From assembly GCA_002269645.1 (NCBI GenBank), contig NIVC01000103.1:617393-681392 (forward strand): 64,000 nt of DNA, in the 5' to 3' direction. Origin of the DNA: Macrostomum lignano (lineage: Eukaryota). Under the pieces are notes generated by a model, which was not told where the DNA came from, did not search any database, and worked only from the letters and a program-made list of their open reading frames with translations. The position numbers and the translations under genes are program-made. Below are positions 13,601 to 22,704 of the stretch, one piece after another (within the stretch, counting starts at the first letter, position 1; each line of letters opens with the position of its first letter).

Positions 13601-14510
13601 CTCTCATGCCTTATAAATTGATAGCTGACCAGACCATGCAGTCTATCTTGCATCTCGAAAAAGGTGCCATGTGCCATATATCTCCAAAACTTACCCCATA
13701 ACTCAAAGATCTCTTGATCTTTCTACTTCTCTGCTCTCAATTCTCATTTCTCCTTTACTATATAGCACGCACTCTTCTCTCGTGTCATCTTCTCTCGATC
13801 TCTCTCTCATCTTTCAATATGTACTTGATGTATCTGATATGTTATATGTATTCTTTTCTATCCCCTCGCCTGCACTCTGATCTCATATTTACCCCAACGT
13901 GAGGAATCAGGAATAAGAATTTGAGCTTGAGATTAAGAAATTGGCAAAACATTAGCAAAAGCTGGGTATACCTGCACATCAGTTCCACTCTCATGCCTTA
14001 TAAATTGATAGCTGACCAGACCATGCAGTCTATCTTGCATCTCGAAAAAGGTGCCATGTGCCACATATCTCCAAAACTTACCCCATAACTCAAAGATCTC
14101 TTGATCTTTCTACTTCTCTGCTCTCAATTCTCATTTCTCCTTTACTATATAGCACGCACTCTTCTCTCGTGTCATCTTCTCTCGATCTCTCTCTCATCTT
14201 TCAATATGTACTTGATGTATCTGATATGTTATATGTATTCTTTTCTATCCCCTCGCCTGCACTCTGATCTCATATTTACCCCAACGTGAGGAATCAGGAA
14301 TAAGAATTTGAGCTTGAGATTAAGAAATTGGCAAAACATTAGCAAAAGCTGGGTATACCTGCACATCAGTTCCACTCTCATGCCTTATAAATTGATAGCT
14401 GACCAGACCATGCAGTCTATCTTGCATCTCGAAAAAGGTGCCATGTGCCATATATCTCCAAAACTTACCCCACAACTCAAAGATCCCTTGATCTTTCTAC
14501 TTCTCTGCTC
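10676..14510 (+). repeat. 387-bp tandem array, right arm (~10 near-identical units)
   Basis: Identical short ORFs start at 10962, 11349, 11736, 12123, 12510, 12897, 13284, 13671 and 14058 (step 387). Confidence 0.98.
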
Positions 14511-15599
14511 TCTGCTTTTACAACAATTAAGAAAAGAAACTCGATTTTTACTGAGCCCCATGCAACATCCTGTAGCCTCTGGATGCGCCCCTGCTGGCAC
14601 ATGATAGCCGCGTAAATGCATATTTAAAGCAACTCGGTGTTGTAGTTATGCACTCAGGCTCGTCGCCATGGATTTTATGGTGGGTGACAAAGCCAAGATT
14701 TCTACTACATGTAAATGTACACGACGAAATTCCTACACGTACATTACTATCAGAATCCGTGTTGTCAGCACTCATTTCAGCGCCGCAGGTACTCATTTTA
14801 GCGCCGCAGGCACTCATTTTAGCGCCACAGGTACTCATTTTTAGCTCCGCAGCCACTCATTTTTAGCTCCGCAGCCACTCATTTTTGCGCCACAGGCCTC
14901 ATTGTATATAGACAAATTTCCACTTACAAGCTTTAATTTAAACTGAAGAAAATGGTAACAAAACTGGTATAAAATAGTCTATTTTTATAAATGACTGAAT
15001 GGCCCTTAGCAGCTAATAACATTTTGCTTTTAGAGCGTAGTATATCTTTATTAATTCATCATTTTTTGTACAACTCGTATATCCGGAAAGTAGTTAGTTA
15101 GTAGTTAGTAGTAGTTAGATAGTAGATAGTAGGATCTCTAGTAGGATACTAAAAGTAGTATGAGCGAAACATGTGCACTATAGTTTAGGGACATACACTA
15201 GCATAATGTTGTAAGGTCGCAATTCATCATTATATTTTAAAGATGGCCCGAAGAAATGGTCCTTTTCCACTCACACGTCCGATTTCTTTTCCAGATGGAA
15301 CCTGCTAACTTTAGTGCTGCAGCTGCCGCCCCTGCCGCAAAAATAGAAAATAGAATGTCTTAGAATACAATGGAATAGAACGTAATAGAATAGAATGAGA
15401 AATAGAAAATTTCCAGATACAAAATATTGGAAGAAGTTTAAGAACCGATTTTACAGATACTAAAAATCAGTGTTGCGTTGAATGCAAAACGGTTTATCAG
15501 GGATCAAGTATGCTACAGTTTACATATCGACATTGTCATATTGGCATTGTTAAACACTAAATGTCAAGATGGCGCGAAATCTTGGCGACTAATGACTGA

Positions 15600-15897
15600 C
15601 AACAACAACAAGTTACGCCCCAGGGTCGAGGTTGGGCATCACAGGTCGCGCCCCAGAGCACGGGAGCGGAGAAAGGCCGGTCCACCGGCCTGGTCGGGGG
15701 CGCCAGCATCGGCCAGCAGGCAGTCCGGATACCGCCGAGTGCGCGCCTGCTCGATGACTCACCGAAGGGCCAGGATCTGCGTAACAGTGCCGCGTCTTGG
15801 CCGGAACCCGTTCTGCTCGGTCCGCAGGTAGGGATCCAGCACGGGCTGCAACGGGGTAAGCAGGAGCCGGTTGAACAGCTTCGCGGCGATGGACATT
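15600..15897 (-). pseudogene. 5'-truncated, internally deleted LINE (RTE-like) copy with apparent 3' end
   Basis: Minus strand reads MSIAAKLFNRLLLTPLQPVLDPYLRTEQNGFRPRRGTVTQILALR*VIEQAR (early RT domains, in-frame TGA at 15759-61). It runs directly into TRRYPDCLLADAG...ALGRDL* and then a (TTG)n tail at 15600-15611. Confidence 0.85.
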
Positions 15898-16259
15898 ACT
15901 AATGATTGAGTCATACAACAAAGAAGAGTAGATAGGACATAAAATAGAGATACACAGTGAAAGTAGCATGACTGAATGACCTGGAGGAGGGTGTGATAAA
16001 AAGGGTGATTCTGGATGGGCAATTGTAAAAGAGCAAATCTAGACGGGCGAATCTAAGTAAAATCATAAGTCATTGTCAAATGTTAACATTGCAATAAGTG
16101 TGTAAAAGAAGAAAACAAATGCAATACACAATGAAGTCGTTAAAGTAAACTATAACTTAATTATAACAACGTGTATTTAGTAGAAAATGGAACGATAAAC
16201 TGTCAACAAACAGTGATCTAAATGGAAGTACACCTGATTGAAAAATAATCAATAACAAA

Positions 16260-16545
16260 AGTATAAAAGGTAACGAAATAAGTGCTCTTTGGCTCCATTA
16301 ATCAAAACAGTTTAGCGCCAGTTTATAAACTGAGTGACAGTTCATCACTGCATTAAACTGAATTAATTAACGTTAACAGGTCCGCTACGTGTAAGCAGAG
16401 CACATGGACCCAGGAATGATACAGCTGAGCAGCGAATTCACAGCACACTTGAGCTATTGTGTGCAAGTGAGGTTAAAAATGACATCTATTGGCACAGCAA
16501 TTTTTAATTACCACTTTATACGATAATTTTAATGATTGCAAGTGC
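16260..16545. repeat. Third, partial copy of the shared 3' trailer, downstream of the ZnF-CXC gene
   Basis: gtataaaaggtaacgaaata...gacatctattggcacagcaattttt matches ~18019-18267 and ~19851-20100. Confidence 0.93.
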
Positions 16546-16647
16546 TTGAGAATAAACTGTTAAATTAATTTTGTATTTCTGCTCGCTCAGAGATTGCCAT
16601 TACAGTGAGTAGGAGAAGGGGTCGGGGTTCAAGGACTATTAAAAGGT

Positions 16648-17466
16648 CTAATCAGCAAATCGATTGCTTTTTGGGGAAGAGGACACCAGGTTTGGATCAA
16701 ATTTAGTTACTTTAACTTCATGTGACGATTTCCGTCTGCGAATAACGGGTTGTGGAACTATTGTGAGAGGAACAATTGCTTTAGGCTTGAGAGGAATAGG
16801 AACTGGGCCGATTGCAGCGGGGAATTTTTTTCCTGGAGATTTTTTTAAATTTCCTAGTGAGCATCTAGGAATACAATTGGCAATTTCTTTTGTTGATGTA
16901 GCACAAGGCAGTCTTGGTGCACCACAGTTGCACCCAGAAAATGTGCAATGCCGATCAGATTGCTTAGGACTAGATGCCGCAGTAGAAGTTGAGGCTGCAA
17001 CAGGTTGTGAAGCTGCACGGAGTGGAGCAACGTTGTCTGTCTCGCTTATTTCGTAATTATAAACCAGATGTTGAATGTCCAGGACTACTTGATCGAATGG
17101 AGCATAGTGGATGGGCACTTCTTTTACAACTGCCAAGTCGCGAAGCTCTGCCAGACGTACGGAAGCTTGTTTTCTCATTCGCTTAGTAGCAGCCCGACCT
17201 GCCAGGTCTTTTCTACGACTTGGAGTTTGAAATTCGGAAGCATGGTTGTTTCGAAAGTGCATTCTAGGGCAAGAAATCATATCCTGGCAGAGAGGGCAGA
17301 GAGCCACAGACTTGGCCTTCGAATTGGCTTTAGACAGATCAATCATGGCCTGAATCTGCTCATCAGTTGTGGTAGGGTGAAACTTTTCCCGATGTCGCCA
17401 CAATTGGTACGTTCTACCAGTCCATGAGCACAAAAAGCAACAGATTTTTGCGTGTTTATTAGGCAT
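16648..17466 (-). CDS. 272-aa protein with two atypical C2H2 zinc fingers and a C-terminal CXC-like Cys cluster; paralogue of the N-terminus of the SET protein
   Basis: Single open frame from ATG 17466. Fingers CFLC-x11-H-x4-H and CPLC-x9-H-x4-H are followed by a basic helix (GRAATKRMRKQASVRLAEL) and later C-x4-C-x-C-x6-C-x9-C-x3-C. Confidence 0.75.
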   Translation of the reverse strand: MPNKHAKICCFLCSWTGRTYQLWRHREKFHPTTTDEQIQAMIDLSKANSKAKSVALCPLCQDMISCPRMHFRNNHASEFQTPSRRKDLAGRAATKRMRKQASVRLAELRDLAVVKEVPIHYAPFDQVVLDIQHLVYNYEISETDNVAPLRAASQPVAASTSTAASSPKQSDRHCTFSGCNCGAPRLPCATSTKEIANCIPRCSLGNLKKSPGKKFPAAIGPVPIPLKPKAIVPLTIVPQPVIRRRKSSHEVKVTKFDPNLVSSSPKSNRFAD

Positions 17467-17816
17467 GGCTAAAACAGTTGTTGAATAATTGGATTGGTGT
17501 TTTAGAAGACTTAATTTCAATGCGTCGAGTGGCTAGCTGAAATAAGTATAGCATTGTTTTTTTAGTAACTGAAGAAAGTCAGTAGCAAAAGTTACATCTA
17601 GTTAAAGCTGATTGAATTATGGGGACAGGGTTGCACTGTATAATATTAGTAAGTATAACTAAATAACCATAGGGTACCATTATACAAAAAGAGATTAGTA
17701 TGACTGAATGGCCTGGAGAAAAGATAACAGCACTCCTGGCTGAGGGGTCCGTATCAAGTATGACATCAAGACTGATCAAGTATTCGATGCTGACTTCTTA
17801 TAGATAGCGCAAAGTT

Positions 17817-18406
17817 TAGGCCTACAGCTAGGGTCTTAAGTCGATTCTAAGGTGTCGATTCTATGGATTTGAGAATGGCAATCGGGATCGAAAACTGAGT
17901 CCTAACTAATATTGACGACTTAAAAATGAGAAAAAGCAACCAACATATCGTTTAATAACACCATAACGGGCGAAAATGTCAACTTAACGGCAGTTTAATT
18001 TTCATGCAATGAAGTGTAGTATAAAAGGTAACGAAATAAATAAGTGCTCTTTGGCTCCGTTAATCAAAACAATTTAGCGCCAGTTTATAAACTGAGTGAC
18101 AGTTCATCACTGCATTAAACTGAATTAATTAACGTTAACAGGTCCGCTACGTGTAAGCAGAGCACATGGACCCAGGAATGATACAGCTGAGCAGCGAATT
18201 CACAGCACACTTGAGCTATTGTGTGCAAGTGAGGTTAAAAATGACATCTATTGGCACAGCAATTTTTGAATAATTTTATTGCAAGTGCTTTGGAAACAGC
18301 CGACACAATAAATCACTGTGTAATTGAAGTGTTCAGCTAACTAAAAAATTTAAACTTGCTCAAAAAGTATCTTCTGAATCATCCGATTCAGACGCTGAAG
18401 ACTCAG
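17817..18406. repeat. ~580-bp direct repeat, copy 1 (copy 2 at 19664-20239); includes the last ~15 codons and 3' trailer of the KDZ gene
   Basis: Near-identical to 19664-20239 apart from a 14-bp local duplication; both end in ...gacgctgaagactcag. Confidence 0.95.
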
Positions 18407-18471
18407 GTAAAGCAGATGTGCGAAGGACAGTAACCTAGGAATGTAGACAGTGCGAACGACATGCGAAAAAA

Positions 18472-19470
18472 TTAAGAGTTTAGCCACGGAAACTTTTGCA
18501 AACACTCTTCATCTCGTTCACCATAATCATAAAGCAACTCAATTCCCTTGGGAATATTATGTAATGCAAAAAATCCTATTCGGCTTGTGTGGCGTCCAAT
18601 GTCTTTGCAAGGTGATATGACACTAGGAACCAAGTTTGGGTTCAGTCGACTATGATTAATATAGCGACCTACAGAATCAGTGAGGGTAGCGTCTTCGCAT
18701 AATGATTTTGAACCATAAAAATAGAAAAAGGCGAATGCGGGCGAATCTCCTTCGCGAGATCGCTTTTCTTCCCTAGCCGCCCCTTCTTTTTTGGATAAAA
18801 CTGCTCCACCATAGAAACAGACGAATGACTTCGCCTTGATATTCTCATCAGAAAACAGTCCATAACCCTTCTCACCCGCTAACTGAACTGTAACTTTTGC
18901 CGGAAGAAGTTTTGAGGCTTTTGTATAGATTCGGAGACAAGACTGTTTACCAGCCCGCGACTCTTGTTCTCTGTGGGAGGATATACAAAGATATTTTTAG
19001 GTTTATACAACCGTTTACATGTCTGATCAAATCTTGAAAAGCAGGATAGGCAATAACATTACTCACCTCTCGTGCAATCCCTGTTTTTCGTTCTCGTAAC
19101 TTGAATCCGGATACCGTGGCAAAGGCTGGTCGGCAATAAAACACCAGTACAGTTCTCCGAATCGCCGCAGAGCACGTTTTCTCGCCAACCTGATAGCTGG
19201 TTGTCCAGTTAATAAGGAGTTAAGACGCCTGTAATCGCCCGCATGACATTTAGCGTAGTGATCTCGCAAATTTACAGCAAACTGATCACATAGCGCGCAT
19301 AATTTTACATCTGACTTTCTGGACCAACGAAGATATTGAATTATGCAACTTGCTCTTTTAGCGTCTAAAGCATGCTTTTTAGTTGCATGCAAAAGAAGTC
19401 GATCAGCTCGAGCACTATAGGTACTTAAACCAGGAAGACACAGAGGGCACTCGTACTTTTCAGTCGTCAT
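18472..19470 (-). CDS. 300-aa zinc-finger + SET-domain lysine methyltransferase, PR-Set7/SETD8 (KMT5A)-like; exons 19470-19067 and 18970-18472
   Basis: The GT-AG intron 19066-18971 (gtgagt...cctcccacag, 96 nt, phase 2) joins the frames (404+499=903 nt). Exon 2 translates GEKGYGLFS...FVCFYGG...AAREE...FFYFYGSKSLCEDAT...GRYINHS...FFALHNIPKGIELLYDYGERDEECLQKFPWLNS*, colinear with the SETD8 SET domain (GKGRGV, VEYHG, KKREA, YYFQYLSKTYCVDAT, GRLINHS, ELLYDYGDRS, HPWL). Confidence 0.93.
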
Positions 19471-19663
19471 GGTAGATTTGTGATCGTAGCCAAAGATTGA
19501 TAGATTATTACCACAAAAAAGAGTAAATTAATTGATTTTTGCCGACTCGTTTCAGATAACACAATCACTTTCGGATTTCAATAAGAAATCTGTAAAAAGG
19601 TGGACACATGTCGACATGAAAGACAGATTGATTGAGTACTAAATCTTTGTGATACTAAAAACT

Positions 19664-20239
19664 TAGGACTACAGCTAGGGTCTTGAGTCGATTCTATGGA
19701 TTTGAGAATGGCAATCGGGATCGAAAACTGAGTCCTAACTAATATTGACGACTTAAAAATGAGAAAAAGCAACCAACATATCGTTTAATAACACCATAAC
19801 GGGCGAAAATGTCAACTTAACGGCAGTTTAATTTTCATGCAATGAAGTGTAGTATAAAAGGTAACGAAATAAATAAGTGCTCTTTGGCTCCGTTAATCAA
19901 AACAATTTAGCGCCAGTTTATAAACTGAGTGACAGTTCATCACTGCATTAAACTGAATTAATTAACGTTAACAGGTCCGCTACGTGTAAGCAGAGCACAT
20001 GGACCCAGGAATGATACAGCTGAGCAGCGAATTCACAGCACACTTGAGCTATTGTGTGCAAGTGAGGTTAAAAATGACATCTATTGGCACAGCAATTTTT
20101 GAATAATTTTATTGCAAGTGCTTTGGAAACAGCCGACACAATAAATCACTGTGTAATTGAAGTGTTCAGCTAACTAAAAAATTTAAACTTGCTCAAAAAG
20201 TATCTTCTGAATCATCCGATTCAGACGCTGAAGACTCAG
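19664..20239. repeat. ~580-bp direct repeat, copy 2 (native 3' end of the KDZ transposase gene)
   Basis: Matches 17817-18406. Confidence 0.95.
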
Positions 20240-22704
20240 TCGCCGACTCAGTTGGCGAGTCGTTGCTAATAGGAGGAACATTTTCAATGCTTTGTTCTGC
20301 GCCGCCCAAAATGAGTCGAAAATATTCTGCCCTTGCTGGAACGTCAAGATTTACAACTCTTTCTAAAATTGATCGAAATAGTTTTCGAAACTGAGCCGCC
20401 AAACCAGCCTGATTATCTAGACTCTTGCAAACCATGTCCATTTTTACAATAAAGTCATACCATTCCTCAGATACGATATGCAGTTCCTCATTCACTCTGT
20501 CGTACTTATGATAGAGATCGATTGCACGCCGACGGAAACGGACAGAAGTAGCTGATTCAGATAAACCATCGTACTTTGAACTATTTGGCTTCCGATACTG
20601 ATCAAAAGAACCCCGGGTCTCTTCCGGCAGACGATTAATATCAGCTTTCATTTCTGAAGTCAAACCTTGTACACGGCGCAAGCAAGCTCTGTTATGACCT
20701 TGGCCCATATTTAGTCCAGACTGTCGCAGCCAATGTTCTCTGAGAACTGCAAGCGAACGAATATTAGATAGAAGGTCGTTTTCAGAGTTTTCTACTGCGC
20801 CTATAAGAGAGTTCTGATGCCACTGACGGCCGAGATTCCGAATTTGAACCTCCGAAAGTACTAAGCTTCCGTCTAAAATTCCGGAAGCTTGCTGTATTCG
20901 TGCATCATCAAGAAGTGAGTTCATTTCCGAAGACATGTTTTTTATCGTACTGTCCAAAAGTCTGAGACGTTGCTGGAACCACTGGGGTGTGTTAAACAAT
21001 TGATTCGCATTGAAATGAAACAGAATTTGAGACATACAGGTGCTCCTACGATCAGGTCGCATGTACTTTAGTGAATGCCCATATGGGCGAAGTTGTGCCC
21101 AAGCTCTCTCTGTGTTCTCGCCATCACACAAGCCCGCTCCAGGAGTGACACGCACAGAGAACCTTCTTTGGCAGCTTGGTTTGTGGCCAAGTGCGTGGAA
21201 TGCATTGATGGCACATGAAGAGGCCTGTACGTTAGCACCAGATTTAGTAACTGCGGATTGTACGCGAGCTGAAACGCGGCAGCCTGCAGTGAGATGTGAG
21301 AAAAATGTATGTACTTTATTTTGATCCCGCTAAATTATACGGACATAGTATGCAAAAGATGCACTTACCAACGTCATAGATAAGAAGCAATTTCTTCGAT
21401 ACAGACGTGTCTCTTAGAAAATGCTCAAGGCACTGTTCTATGTAGCAGAACCGCTCTCCTGTCGTAGTAATGTTACAACCATTCAATAGACGATTGTGCC
21501 GGCAAAAAAGTCCAAAAAAGCCATACACATCATGTCTACCAGCACCTCGGGATGGTGGCTCGAGCGCCCCAGCTTTCCAACTTGGACAGTTTTGTTCTTC
21601 TAAGCGATTTTTTGGCGCGTCTGCTTTGACATCTACATTCACTAATGGAACAGGAAGCGGACGACCATCTGACGGAGTTAGAGCTTGCCTGAATCCCATT
21701 GAAGAAAATCTTTGCCAGCCGAAAAGCGCATCAGCACAAACAACAGTCTGGCGATCATTATGCTGATCGGGACACAAGAGACACGACTTGGGCCATTTTG
21801 CTGAGCGGATCTGTAATTGTCTAAATTTTAGCAGAACACAGTGGCGTTGCAGACGTTGATACAAACTTGATGCTAATTTATCTCTGCAGATTCCTTGGCC
21901 AACAGTAGCACCTAAAAACAGGGCTTTGATTGCCCTGTGAGCCGGTAGTCGACCTACAGTAGTCAAATTGTCGAGAAGTGTTAATAAACTTATGGCGAAA
22001 TAGGCTGTGCAGTCTGTGGCGGTTGCGGTTGCATCATAAGACGGGAAGTAACCCATTGAGAGAAGCGCATCCACTTTGTCACATGAACTACACGTAAACA
22101 TCTGAGCTTGAACGATTCCCGACAAATCGATTAGCTCAACAGTTGATGCAGCCGACAATTCGCGAGCCTCTCTGCTTGCCACACAACAGAAAAGTGCAGC
22201 AACCATGGGCACGTGCACTGGATCTGCAAACATAAGCGTCTCAGAATTCCACTGTTCAAATTTGTGTGGTGCAAAATCACCATGTGTGATTTCTTTACAG
22301 TCTTCACAGAAATCCAGCCTACAAGTGACACACCGATAAATTCCAGGCGCATCACTGCAACGAATGCATGAACCCAAGTTGAAATAATTTTCATACGCAT
22401 TGCTGTGAAGATCCGAAAACATGGAATGATCCTCCCACTCAGTTTCTTCAGGCGGATTTGAAGGTTCAGTAGAATTTTCAGGCGGCATTTCGGCTGCATT
22501 ATCAGGCATTTCAGGAAAAAAATAATTCCCTACCGACTGATCCTGATGAGAACCATAAGCAGAGCTTGAGCTAGGACGACGGGTGGCACCAAAACCAGAA
22601 GATTTCTGGAGCTTTCTTGGACGTCCTCGACGGCTTGTCCGCAATACAGCTTCGACATCACTATCAGAATCTGTATTAGAAAACAATGTTCTGCGGCGAG
22701 ACAT
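20193..22704 (-). CDS. KDZ (Kyakuja-Dileera-Zisupton) superfamily transposase, 808 aa; exons 22704-21369 and 21283-20193
   Basis: The intron 21368-21284 (gtaagt...cactgcag, 85 nt, phase 1) restores YDVG|C and fuses the two track ORFs (1336+1091=2427 nt, no stop). Motifs: AT-hook RRGRPRK; Cys cluster CxxC-x8-CxxC-x4-CxxC-x4-H-x5-H; LLSMGYFP; CLLCP; CADALF; FCRH; GERFCY; YDVGC; FHALGHKPSCQ; GAGLCDGENTERAWAQL; acidic tail. Confidence 0.9.

Larger units (their letters stand above)
8003..15585. repeat. ~7.6-kb inverted duplication (palindrome / foldback-like structure) with asymmetric internal arrays
   Basis: The ORF track is mirrored: 8705-9013(+) equals 14548-14856(-), and 8957-9253(-) equals 14308-14604(+), both with coordinate sum 23561. 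Outer arms 8003-8450 / 15110-15585 are slightly diverged. Confidence 0.95.

Noticed and set aside
9051-14510. Repeated 62-69-aa ORFs, and a possible CRISPR-like or RNA-gene array
   Set aside because: Units are contiguous and near-identical with no unique spacers. I recognised no 5S, tRNA, snRNA, SL or histone sequence, and the ORFs are overlapping and low-complexity.
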